From Lama guanicoe (taxonomy: Eukaryota): a stretch of DNA of 64,000 nt. The stretch is taken from the NCBI GenBank assembly GCA_013239625.1, contig MU056000.1, positions 12,599,175-12,663,174 of the forward strand, in the 5' to 3' direction. Positions 1 through 11,689 of the stretch are shown piece after piece. Within the stretch, counting starts at the first letter, position 1. Each line of letters starts with the position of its first letter. The position numbers were made by a program, and so were the translations under genes. The notes under the pieces were generated by a model. That model was not told the DNA's origin. It saw only the letters and a program-made list of their open reading frames with translations, and ran no database searches.

Positions 1-669
1 AGGGGAAAAAATCATTTAATATCTCAAAAGTGTTAGCCTGGCCTATGAGGATCAGGATCTCAATCCAATGTTTTTCTTTCAAATAATCCACAGAAGTCTG
101 CTTTCACATCAGTTCCTAAAAGAATAGCTCTTCCATTATTTGAGTGAATTTTTAATAATATTTTTTTCATAATGAGTTGAAAGTCTATCCTGAGAAAGCT
201 GTAAGAATGCTCAAACTAAACTGCAGCCCAGAGAAGCAAGCTAAGAGGAAGGATAAACAATGACCTCCATTTAAAAGTGTCTCCCTCCATTGGCCACCCT
301 TTCTTCATAACATAGACTCCTCTTGTAGACTTTATCCCTTTATGCTGTTCTCTGTCCTTGCCTAGAGGCACATGGTCCCCAAATGGGATGTGTGCATAAG
401 GCTGAGTGTGGGGAAGCCGGAGGATTTCTTTGGGTGTGGGAAGCAAATATCAGGATTTACACTTAAAAAAAAAATCTCACCTTTTACATTTTTCTACTTT
501 TTTGATGTTAAAATATTAGTAACACAATGAACATGCATGGAATATAAAAGTAAGTCCAGCGGTACAAGAAAAATTTTCAGGACTCCAGAGCTAGAAATCT
601 TGCAGGTTTATATTGTCTTTTGTAAGCCTGACTTTCTAAGTTATTGATCCTAAAAGCTTGAATTGCTTC

Positions 670-1160
670 TTTTTTAAAATAGTTTATTTTAAATTGAAGT
701 AGAGCTGATTCACAATGTTGTGTTAGTTTCAGGTGTACAGCAAAGTGACTGTTATACATATACATATATAGAGAGATATACTTTTTCAGATTCTTTTCCA
801 TTATAGGTTATTACAAGATAATGAATATGGTTCCCTCTGCTCTACAGAAACATATATAAGTAGGTCCTTCTTTATCTATTTTATATATAGAAGTGTGTAT
901 ATGTTAATCCCAGTCTCCTAAATTTTTCCCCCTTTCCTCTTTGGTAACTTTATAAATTTGTTTTCTACATCTGTGAGTCTATTTCTATTCTGTAAATAAG
1001 TTCGTTTGTGTCATTTTTTAAAAATGATTCCACATGTAAGTCATATCGTGTTATGTTTGTTTTTCTCTGTCTGACTTACTTCACTTAGTATGATCATCTC
1101 CAGCTCCATCCATGTTGCTGCAAATGGCATTATTTCATTCTTTTCTATGGCTGAGGAATA
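670..1160 (-). mobile_element. L1 3' fragment (cetartiodactyl-type 3'UTR)
   Basis: T-rich tail then ATTGAAGTAGAGCTGATTCACAATG...CATCCATGTTGCTGCAAATGGCATTATTTCATTC, the reverse complement of an L1 3' end. Confidence 0.92.
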
Positions 1161-1174
1161 CCGAATTTCTTTTT

Positions 1175-1290
1175 AAAAGTGCTGATTCCTATTCTTCCCC
1201 GCCTCTAATTATGTTTCAGTTGGTCTTAGGTTGTGCCCAGTAATCTGAATTTTAAGAAGATTCCCAAATGGTTCCCAAACAGAAGTTGGA
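1175..1290. mobile_element. Degraded MER5-like hAT-Charlie fragment (also duplicated at ~3240-3355)
   Basis: TTCAGTTGGTCTTAGGTTGTGCCCAGTAATCTGAATTTTAAGAAGATTCCCAAATGGTT resembles the MER5A core. Confidence 0.5.
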
Positions 1291-1899
1291 AAAGAACTCA
1301 AAGTACTAATTTCCAATTCCTCATAATATCTCCACGTAAAACACAAGACAGCATGATTTATCTGCAGGTTTTGTCTGAGACAACTTGCCTCAGATTATAA
1401 TCCTTCACATAGATTTTCTATATTGAAGCATCGGCCCATCATATCTTCTTGGCCCCTAGATCCCAGGAGAGGAAGAAGACTATTTGAGCTATTTCTCTGT
1501 AATCTTTAAAATTCTTGCCTCTATATGTTTTCATAGCCTGTATTGTCAGTGAGCAGTCATATCTCTGCATTTTCCCCTTGTAATTACAAACGAAGTGACA
1601 GTGACCTCAAATGATGCTCTCTTGGCCTGCTCTTCCTGCCCCAAAGGATGGTCCTCTGTATGTAGCAGACACCTCTGACATCAGAACTGTAATAGTTACA
1701 TGCAGGTGTGCACCCAGCAACGGCAGAGGTGGGGCGTGCCATGAATGAACTAAAGATGTGACCTTTTAAATATCACTTCTCTTAAGGTCTCAAGTTGTGG
1801 GATGAATACTTGGAAAACATCATACCAAACATCATACAGCCCAACCAGCATAATTTGCTCTACTTCCACTAATGGGGAAAACATTAGTGAGTTTTCTTC

Positions 1900-1984
1900 A
1901 TTTTATTTATTTATTTTTTATTGAAGTATAGTTGATTTATAAAGTTGTGTTAGTTTCCAGTATACAGCATAGTGATCCAGTTAC

Positions 1985-2023
<39 letters not shown>

Positions 2024-2480
2024 CAAAGAATATATATGTATATATTCTTTTTCATCCTGGGTTATTACAAGCTATTGAATATAGTTCCTTATGCTATACA
2101 GTAGGACCTTGTTTATCTTTCTGTGTATAGTAGTTTGTATCTGCTAATCCCAAACTCCTAATTTATCTCTTTCCCCTACTTTATCCTTTGGTAACCATAA
2201 GTTTGTTTTCTATGCCTGTGAGTCTGTTTCTGTTTATAGTAGCACTATTTATAATAGCCAAGACATGAAACAACCTAAAAGTCCATCAACAGATAATTGG
2301 ATAAAGAAATTGTGGCATATATGTACAATGGAATACTACTCAGCCATAAAAAGAATGAAATAATGTCATTTGCAGCAACAAGGATGTACCTAGAGATTGT
2401 CATAAGTGAAGTAAGTTAGACAGAGGAAAGGAAAATATCATATGATCTCACTGATATGTGGAATCTAAAAAAAAAAAAAA
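1900..2480 (-). mobile_element. 5'-inverted L1, truncated by the duplication junction; contains a (TA)n run at ~1985-2045
   Basis: Minus-strand L1 3' end to ~2235, then a plus-strand L1 segment (TAGCACTATTTATAATAGCCAAGAC...ATGTGGAATCTAAAAA). Confidence 0.9.
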
Positions 2481-4564
2481 AGCCGGAGGATTTCTTTGGG
2501 TGTGGGAAGCAAATATCAGGATTTACACTTAAAAAAAAAATCTCACCTTTTACATTTTTCTACTTTTTTGATGTTAAAATATTAGTAACACAATGAACAT
2601 GCATGGAATATAAAAGTAAGTCCAGCGGTACAAGAAAAATTTTCAGGACTCCAGAGCTAGAAATCTTGCAGGTTTATATTGTCTTTTGTAAGCCTGACTT
2701 TCTAAGTTATTGATCCTAAAAGCTTGAATTGCTTCTTTTTTAAAATAGTTTATTTTAAATTGAAGTAGAGCTGATTCACAATGTTGTGTTAGTTTCAGGT
2801 GTACAGCAAAGTGACTGTTATACATATACATATATAGAGAGATATACTTTTTCAGATTCTTTTCCATTATAGGTTATTACAAGATAATGAATATGGTTCC
2901 CTCTGCTCTACAGAAACATATATAAGTAGGTCCTTCTTTATCTATTTTATATATAGAAGTGTGTATATGTTAATCCCAGTCTCCTAAGTTTTTCCCCCCT
3001 TTCCTCTTTGGTAACTTTATAAATTTGTTTTCTACATCTGTGAGTCTATTTCTATTCTGTAAATAAGTTCGTTTGTGTCATTTTTTAAAAATGATTCCAC
3101 ATGTAAGTCATATCGTGTTATGTTTGTTTTTCTCTGTCTGACTTACTTCACTTAGTATGATCATCTCCAGCTCCATCCATGTTGCTGCAAATGGCATTAT
3201 TTCATTCTTTTCTATGGCTGAGGAATACCGAATTTCTTTTTAAAAGTGCTGATTCCTATTCTTCCCCGCCTCTAATTATGTTTCAGTTGGTCTTAGGTTG
3301 TGCCCAGTAATCTGAATTTTAAGAAGATTCCCAAATGGTTCCCAAACAGAAGTTGGAAAAGAACTCAAAGTACTAATTTCCAATTCCTCATAATATCTCC
3401 ACGTAAAACACAAGACAGCATGATTTATCTGCAGGTTTTGTCTGAGACAACTTGCCTCAGATTATAATCCTTCACATAGATTTTCTATATTGAAGCATCG
3501 GCCCATCATATCTTCTTGGCCCCTAGATCCCAGGAGAGGAAGAAGACTATTTGAGCTATTTCTCTGTAATCTTTAAAATTCTTGCCTCTATATGTTTTCA
3601 TAGCCTGTATTGTCAGTGAGCAGTCATATCTCTGCATTTTCCCCTTGTAATTACAAACGAAGTGACAGTGACCTCAAATGATGCTCTCTTGGCCTGCTCT
3701 TCCTGCCCCAAAGGATGGTCCTCTGTATGTAGCAGACACCTCTGACATCAGAACTGTAATAGTTACATGCAGGTGTGCACCCAGCAACGGCAGAGGTGGG
3801 GCGTGCCATGAATGAACTAAAGATGTGACCTTTTAAATATCACTTCTCTTAAGGTCTCAGGTTGTGGGATGAATACTTGGAAAACATCATACCAAACATC
3901 ATACAGCCCAACCAGCATAATTTGCTCTACTTCCACTAATGGGGAAAACATTAGTGAGTTTTCTTCATTTTATTTTTATTTTTTATTGAAGTATAGTTGA
4001 TTTATAAAGTTGTGTTAGTTTCCAGTATACAGCATAGTGATCCAGTTATACGCAGATTTGCAATTCTTTCTCCCCAGCTGTTGATCTGTAAGCATTCTCA
4101 TAAGCAGTTGATTGTCTCTGGATTTGGAGGACTTCACTCTTTTCACCTCCTTCTTTCTATTCCAACAGGAAAGAGAAAACCTATGGAGTCATGTGTCTAT
4201 ATCTTTCTGTGTATAGTAGTTTGTATCTGCTAATCCCAAACTCCTAATTTATCTCTTTCCTCTACTTTATCCTTTGGTAACCATAAGTTTGTTTTCTATG
4301 CCTGTGAGTCTGTTTCTGTTTATAGCAGCACTATTTATAATAGCCAAGACATGAAACAACCTAAAAGTCCATCAACAGATGATTGGATAAAGAAATTGTG
4401 GCATATATGTACAATGGAATACTACTCAGCCATAAAAAGAATGAAATAATGTCATTTGCAGCAACAAGGATGGACCTAGAGATTGTCATACTAAGTGAAA
4501 GTTAGACAGAGGAAAGGAAAAAATCATATGATCTCACTGATATGTGGAATCTAAAAAAAAAAAA
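2481..4564. repeat. Tandem segmental duplication, copy 2
   Basis: Colinear with 415-2480 except for a few substitutions/indels and a replaced block at 4049-4199. Confidence 0.97.
2736..3227 (-). mobile_element. L1 3' fragment (duplicate of 670-1160)
   Basis: Near-identical to 670-1160. Confidence 0.92.
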
Positions 4565-4589
4565 CACAAATGAACTTATTTACAAAACA
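3963..4589 (-). mobile_element. 5'-inverted (twin-primed) L1 with degenerate TSD
   Basis: Minus-strand 3' part ~3968-4320; inverted plus-strand part ~4321-4589. Flanks are AAAACATTAGTGAGTTTT (3945-3962) and AAAACATCAGTGTTTTT (4584-4600). Confidence 0.88.
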
Positions 4590-5186
4590 TCAGTGTTTTT
4601 ACTGTAAATTATTTCCCCTTTCCACAGAGCCTAGCAAAGGAAATATCAGGAAAATAGGAGAAGGGGGGTCAGTTGTGCAATGTAGAAGCCATAATCTCAC
4701 CTTGTGATATTCAAACTGGGGTGTGCCTACCTTGCGCAGTAAGAGCAGACTTTCCAAGTGTTGGATGGAATCCTTGAGAGCTTAGTTGAGTTTTGATTGA
4801 GAGCACAAGCGTCCAATATACATTTTAGATGAATTGTTACATAATGTAACATCCATTTTATTTGTTTATGGTCCACCTCGTCTGCCTGACCCTATGCAAC
4901 GCTTGCTGTGGTGACAGGCATGTCATGAGCTTAAGAACTGTAGAATGTAGAGCATATGTTTTCTGATCATAATAATCTATTCTTAGAGAAGCGTGATGAA
5001 TCTTGTTACCCTGAACCCTGGGCATTTCAGGTGAGCAGATTGAATTTGATTTAATTTAGAAAAGGGCTATTTGATTGGTTTGCAGCTGCGAAATATAGGC
5101 CCTGCGACCTTGGAAAAGGTTTTGTTACGGGAAACAAAGAGATGCTCTGTGGCAGAGTCTCCCTGACCAGCTCTCCAGGTCTTCCC

Positions 5187-5635
5187 CTTTCTCACATATT
5201 TTGTGTTCTCTGGACTTGGACTTGAGAGCAGATTTGACCATCTTTTTTTTTTTTTTTAACATAAGACCCCATGGGTGCAAATCAAAAGCCACAGATCCCT
5301 GACTGCAAGAAATGTAACCTAATTTATTTTTCTATAATGGAATTTAATTCCCAATTGTATCTCAATAAAGCTGGAAAAAAAAAAGAGAACTGCATGTCCC
5401 TATCATATAATAATTCTTATATGTGGCCTTTTTCACCATGAAAAATTTTCAGTAAGGCAACACTTTCTCACATCTTTTGTGTTCTCTGGACTTGGACTTG
5501 AGAGCAGATTTGACCATCTTTATTTTATTTTTTTTAACATAAGACCCCATGGGTGCAAATCAAAAGCCACAGATCCCTGACTGCAAGAAATGTAACCTAA
5601 TTTATTTTTCTATAATGGAATTTAATTCCCATTGT
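5187..5635. repeat. Direct repeat of ~170 bp (5187-5358 and 5463-5635) with an intervening ~105-bp patch
   Basis: CTTTCTCACAT...GGAATTTAATTCCCA(A)TTGT occurs twice, with starts 276 bp apart. Confidence 0.95.
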
Positions 5636-6354
5636 GAGCCTTCACTCTACCAGGCAGCAAAACCTTTAAGTCAATTTAGCAACCCTCCTGCCTGCATCCC
5701 ACAGTTGTATGGGGTCCAGCCTCATTTCCAAGGGGCTTTAGGACATGTCTCTGCCCGGTGGGGATCGGGGGGGTCTGGCTGTCCCCACCATCAATCCGCA
5801 TCAGCCTCTGCTGGGAACACTCATTCCTGCCTGCTTTGGTTTATTCAGATTGCCCTTCTTTTGAGCTCTGTGGCTCTGAATCCAAATCCTGCCCAGCATG
5901 GCCTGCCGAACAGTCCCCCCTTGCCTCCAGCAATCTACCGGCCCTACCTCCTCTATGTGTCACCGTCCTGTCCTGCTCTTCCCTCACTTGCTGACACACC
6001 AGCCAGTCACATCTGAGGTCCTAGTTTTCCCAGGATCTATTGACTTCCAGGAACGGTGTCCTCTGGGGGACAGGAAGGACATGAGGGTCTCAGGCATGCC
6101 CTAGCTTCGAGTTCTCCTTATTAACTCTAAATCTTTCTTTTTCCTTCTTCTTCTTGCCTGAGAAGACAGCATCTCATCTTGGGGTCAGAAAAATAACCTC
6201 GGGCTGAGTACTGCTCCTAAGTGTTTTAGGCCTGGACCGAGGCCTCTGAAACTCAAAGCCTGAGCCTACCTTCTGTCCTTCTGTCCTTCTCTATCCCATT
6301 AACTGGTTTTATTGCTCTCCATCATATTTTCATCAGTTGATCTTTAAAAAAAAA

Positions 6355-6500
6355 AAAGGTTTGTTCATTGACTTCTCCCTACCAAAATATAAAAGTCTAT
6401 GAAGATAAAGATTATTTTCAGCACTGAGGACAGGGTCTTGCATATAGACGGTGCTCAATAAAAATTTGTTGGACAAAATAATGTATGAATAAATGAGTGA
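6355..6500 (+). mobile_element. L2 3' end
   Basis: GGTGCTCAATAAAAATTTGTTGG...ATGAATAAATGAGTG is the L2 terminus motif. Confidence 0.7.
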
Positions 6501-9382
6501 AGTTGATCCCTGTGTCCTTCCAACTTACTCCTTTTCTGAAGCAGTGTCACAGCCTGAGTTGGGGGGAGGGCGACAAGGCCACAGAGCCCAGAAAAAATAA
6601 ACTTAGTTAGTATCTCAAAATGTTCTCATTACATATATATACAAGATGATAACAATACTATTTAGTTTATTATGCGATGGAACTGATGTTTTCCTAAAGG
6701 TAGATGAAATCTCTTCCTGGTTCCTTTCTGGTGGGTAGATTTCATTTCCTGATGTGCTTGCCAGGAAGAACTTGGCAGAGATTTGGAATGTAGCTTGACC
6801 ATTCATCTTGGGATAGCTCAGTGGAGATTTTTGCTCCCAGTTAAATTCATGCGTTCTAGCCCAAGTCACTGCAAAGTCCTTGTTTACATTCCTCTTAGAA
6901 ACTCTTGATACAGCTGGTTGCAAAACTGCTGCAGAATGCAATAAAATATAAAAATGAAGACACGAGTGGGAAATGGACTTGAAGTTCATGGTAGTGTTTT
7001 TTTTTCCCTACCAAATATATTAGTAAGGAAAACACACATATAGATAGATTTAGTTTTACAGAAATGATATTTTTTCTAAACTACTTTGCTCTTAATAGAA
7101 CGGTAGCTCCGATTTTTTTCTCTGAATCTTAATTGAGTGTTAAAGACCATAAATATTTTGAAAAGATTTACTGATTCACTCATCTGTCTCCAGCTGAGAT
7201 AGAAGACATCAAAGGCTGAGATAGAAGACATAAATTGAGGAAAACCAGGGCGAATCCCTCAGGTCATAAGTCTTAGTGAAAATTCTCCTGGGTTACAGAC
7301 AGGAGAAAGATTTGGAGTTCTCTTTGAGAGTAAATACAACTTTCTCATAGATTATAAGCACTGGTAAGATTAATATTTTAAGTCATCTGTTTATTTTTGA
7401 TACTAAATGATTACTTTTCACTTAGGGAACTAATTTTTTTTTAGTCATTTAAAAATACTTGGCAAAAACAGACCCATCAGTCACAAGTTAGATAGTGGAG
7501 ATTGAAAATGAAGCTCAGTTTTGCAGATTCTGGGCCGTTTGAAGATCTATTTCTAAGAAAAATGATGTGCTGTCCACATAATTCAAGCTCTAATCAAGTC
7601 TCTCCTTTCTGGTAACTCCTGATTCAGATGTTTTTCATTTTATGCCATGCTGCTCCCTTGAAGATGCAACCAAACCAGATCATCTTTTAAATGTACTGAA
7701 AGCACTGGCTGTAATAAATCACGAAAGGAGATCTCTTCTCCAAACTGAATCACTGCCTCTAATGCAGCTGACTTTTAAATTTGAATTCCCTGAGGCTTGA
7801 CTTAAAGCTTGGCTCAGGGCCAGGCTGCCATTAGGAGATTTGTGTGGTGACTCAAATACACTCTGTGTAATTGCCCGCAGGCTTGCAAATGGTCCCAGCA
7901 AAAGGACTAGACCCATTTTTATATAACTTTGTAGGAAATAAAGACACACTATGGAAATTTTATTACAATAGCCACTTTCCATTAGCTTTTATTGCTCATG
8001 TGCGTATAAGAAAAGTAATCATACAGATGTAATTAAATTGGGCAGAAAAATTTCTACCCTTTTTTTTTTTTCTCATTATAGAGAAGGCTCAAACAAGGGA
8101 TCGCTTTGTCATGTGGTCACACAAATCGTGAGATTTTGACTATACACTCCTTACATGCCTGAGATCATCTTCTTGACCTCTTTTCATTGCCAAATGGAGC
8201 CATTTATCAATGAGATGTTCTATGAACTGGTAGGAAAGACATGTTACAGGGTCTCTATGCTATGATTGCTGTTTTCTGGTTCTTCATAAAAAAAAAAAAA
8301 TGCAGACTTGCCCAAAGGTTCAGCTCACTGTAGGTGCTCAGTACTACTGTTTGTCCTTGGGGACTGTCATTTCCTGATTATCTGGAATTTGGGAAAGCAG
8401 ATTTTCCAGTGAGAATTTCCCTTTGAAATCAGCTGATGTGGGATTAAAATAATATTATACAAAGGATTCTTAAAAGAGACAGAATGGCTCTTTGGACCCT
8501 CTAACCCAGTGAAAGCATCCTTTATTAGCTGTGTTACACCGTCTTTCTGCAGGGAGGTTCAGCCCACTTGGAAGCTTGGATAAAAGGGGAGTCACAAGGC
8601 AGACAGGGTGTTAACCATCTAAACACCATCCAGAGAAAGCAAGTTTTCATCAAGAAACCTCAAGTGCCAAGGACCCAACTGATGCCCCTTTCCCTGTTCC
8701 AGAGGCCATAGCTCAACAGCATTAAACTTCCTATTAATCTTACTCCTTGCGTTCTGAGTCCAACCTCACCAGGCCACTTACCGAAGACAGTTTTCTTTCT
8801 CTTGTAGGTTTGCATGGCATTTCTGAGTTCAGTGAGTCAACGGACTGTTGATGACTATTTGCTCCTCTTAACGTATTTGGTTTCTTGTGAATATGCACCT
8901 GACAGACGACAGATCTCATGTCCAGCATACAGAAAATTCATTTTCTTATTTGTTCGGTCAGCCAGGACCCATTGTGCACCCACTATGGCTAATGCCAAGT
9001 CAGCAGATCCTCTTGGGAGAGATCGAGGATGCCCCACTGGCTCAGTGCATTTCCACTTGGAAATATCTTCGAGCCCGTTCCCCTTCTCCCTCCCCAACTT
9101 TAGTCTTTTTCAGGTTTTGATGTGGCCCTGTTGTTGCCAGATGCTCATGCAACTGCTGAAAGGCTTTGATAATTTTCATTAGCTTCCTGGGTGGCAAAAT
9201 GAGGAATGGGATTGAGCTCTGCTTTGCAGATGAAGCTTTTGGAAACTCTGAATTTCAAATGGCCCTCTATTCTCACTCCCAGTGCTGCAACTTCTTTGGT
9301 GGTTGGCTCTTGGATTTTGGGAAAGATTCCTTAACACACAACAATATTTGGACTAATGGCTGTAAAACCTTGGGGCCATCTT

Positions 9383-9485
9383 GGAGTTAGAAGGAGCCTG
9401 AGAGATTATCTGGAAAAGCATTTACATTTCTGAAGGAAAACTGAGGTTCAGTGGTAAAGTCACTTGGCCCAGAACATGCAGCCTA
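9383..9485 (-). mobile_element. MIR fragment
   Basis: GAAAACTGAGGTTCAGTGGTAAAGTCACTTGGCCCAG matches the MIR core in reverse. Confidence 0.6.
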
Positions 9486-9879
9486 ATTTGATTTACTTTT
9501 TGTGACTTGGAGCAAGTTTCCAGAAGGTGTTCTCTTGATCATGGGATCCATCTAACGTGGATGGTGAGACTCCTCAAATTATTAAGATTCAGTTCTGGCA
9601 AACTCAACCTTACTCAAATTTTGGTAAAAGATATATAATATAATTTTGAAGAAATATTGAAGATTACATATAACAGAAAATATTGAGCACCGAAGTGGTC
9701 TAGTTCTGATGAACGTGATGAATCAATAGGGCAGCTGGCTCAAGAAGAGGGCTTGTGGCTCTGCCTCTGTTGTTTCTGTAACTCTGCACATTTTGTTGCA
9801 TCAATTGGCTGTTCACTGCTATTTGTGTCATTCAGCTTTATTGCTGTTCAGTTGTGACTGTGTGCCTCTAAGAGGTACC

Positions 9880-10445
9880 TGCGGTCTGCTGGCTTCTCAG
9901 AGGGCCCACAATGATCACCATTTCCTGATTCCATGGCCTTGTGTTACCCTTACCCCTTGAGGTTTGGCCAAACCTGGCGACTTGCTTCCAACCAACAGAC
10001 TATGGCAAAGGCCAGGGGATGCCTCCTTGAGAAATAGGTTACAAAGCATTGTGACTTCCATGTTGCTAGTTGGCTGTCTTCGTTGCCTTCTTGGCTTGAA
10101 CACATTGATGAAGCAAGCTGCCGTGATGGAGAGGCCAATGTAACAAGGAACTCAGGGTGGCCTGTGACCAGTAGCTGTGAGGAACTGGGATCCTAAGTTC
10201 AACCAACTTCGGGGAACCAAATCCTGGAAGCCATCACGTAAGCTTGGAAGCAGATTTTTTTTTCCATCTGAGCCACAGCCCAGTGTACACCTTGACTGCA
10301 GCCCATGAGGAATCCTGAAATGAATGGGTGCAGTAAAACTGTGCCCAGATCCCAGCCCATAGAAGCTATGAGATAAGAAATGTGTGTTGTTTTAAGTTGG
10401 TACATTTTGGGAGTAACTTGTTATGCAGCAATAGATAACTAATAT
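9880..10445 (+). mobile_element. MaLR solo LTR, MLT1E/F-like
   Basis: CCCACAATGATCACCATTTCCTG...GATGAAGCAAGCTGCC...ACTTGTTATGCAGCAATAGATAACTAATA. Confidence 0.85.
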
Positions 10446-10754
10446 GATAGCAAAAAGGGGTAAGACAAGTTCATAAACATAAATCACTTTTAAATGCATT
10501 GCTGGCCACACCCATTTTAGCATTACACAAGACCTTGGCAATTTCAGTGTGAAGAGCAGTTTGAATGAAGACACATTCAGACAAGAACATGCAAAACTCC
10601 TCGCTATCTTTTAAATCTACAGGGACAATGAAGCAGCATTTGTGAGTTAATATAAAATTTGAATTGCATCAGATTTTCCAGATTAAAGTAATTGTGAAAT
10701 GTGAGAAGAGGAAATAATACATGTGCGTGCATCATATTAATAATTACACAAATC

Positions 10755-10885
10755 ATCATAGCAACTATTTATCGAGAATTTGACATACACAAGGTGATGT
10801 GTTAAGTAACCATGAATCTCATTTCATTAATTCTCTCACCAGCTCTAAGATAGAGGTAGATTATCTTGATTTTTCAGCTGACAAA
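10755..10885 (-). mobile_element. MIR fragment
   Basis: ATAGCAACTATTTTATCGAG...TTAATTCTCTCACCAGCTCTAAGATAG...ATTTTTCAGCTGAC. Confidence 0.55.
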
Positions 10886-11247
10886 TTTCCCAACAGCTAG
10901 CACGTATTCAGCAGCGATGACACTGGGACGCATTGTGTCTTGCTTAAAAGCTTGTGTTCACAGTTTTCAAGCTTGAAAAGTTGTCTAAAGTGACACCCAT
11001 TTCTCTCCTCTGCTTTGTTCAACCAATGGTAGCAGGTCATTAAAAATGCTACCTTTGTTGAGTAGAAAACAAAACCAGAACAACCCAAAACTTCTTCCCT
11101 CTAAAAGCCACTAATTTCCCAAGGTCATGTTTGCAATTAATCATATTCTGTTTGGTGATATATATATATATTTTTAATGCATGCCTTGTCATGTTAGTTT
11201 TATTATTGTTTGACCTTTTTATCCCACAAATTTTGTTATATTTATAA

Positions 11248-11355
11248 TTAAGTTCCTTGAGGGCAGGACTACTTTTTTTTATACTTCAGTGTCCCCAGCC
11301 ATGTCTGGTACTGTACTGTGCAAATGATAAGCATGCAATAAATCTTTTCTGTTGG
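11248..11355 (+). mobile_element. L2 3' end
   Basis: TAAGTTCCTTGAGGGCAGGAC...TGTCCCCAG...CAATAAAT. Confidence 0.65.
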
Positions 11356-11572
11356 GCTTGAAGAACTCTGAAATGAAAACAATGTTAAGCTGAGAGAGTG
11401 TTTCTTTCTAGGCAGTCCCGTCAGCTTTGCATAAGGTGCCAGGGTTGTCAGGCAGGGGCTATAGTTTGGGGTTGGGCTGAGGATCAGGACATGTTCCAAC
11501 AAGATCAGCCCTACTGTTCTCTCAGGTACAGCCTTGCTGCTGGACCACTCCTGAGAGGGTTTGCAGGCTAAT

Positions 11573-11678
11573 TAAGGTAACTGACCATCCTACTTTTCCC
11601 AGGACTGAGGAGTTTCCCAGGATTTTCAAAGCTAAGACCAGGAAAGTGCTAGACGAACTGGGATGAGCTGATCATCTC
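11573..11678. mobile_element. MER81-like hAT-Blackjack MITE
   Basis: About 105 bp with degenerate inverted ends (AAGGTAACTGACCATCC ... GGATGAGCTGATCATCT) and an internal CCCAGGACTGAGGAGTTTCCCAGG. Confidence 0.7.
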
Positions 11679-11689
11679 AACAGGAATGT

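Larger units (their letters stand above)
415..2480. repeat. Tandem segmental duplication, copy 1 (~2.07 kb)
   Basis: AGCCGGAGGATTTCTTTGGG at 415 recurs at 2481. Identical ORFs 577..801 and 2643..2867 are offset by 2066. Copy 1 ends in an A-run. Confidence 0.97.

Noticed and set aside
577..2867. Two identical 74-aa ORFs suggesting a duplicated gene
   Set aside because: They start inside L1 3'UTR and are identical only because of the tandem duplication.
5549..6104. 155-aa ORF and overlapping ORFs in a GC-richer patch
   Set aside because: The ORF starts inside the 170-bp duplicated segment, has no recognisable domain and no convincing splice or promoter context.
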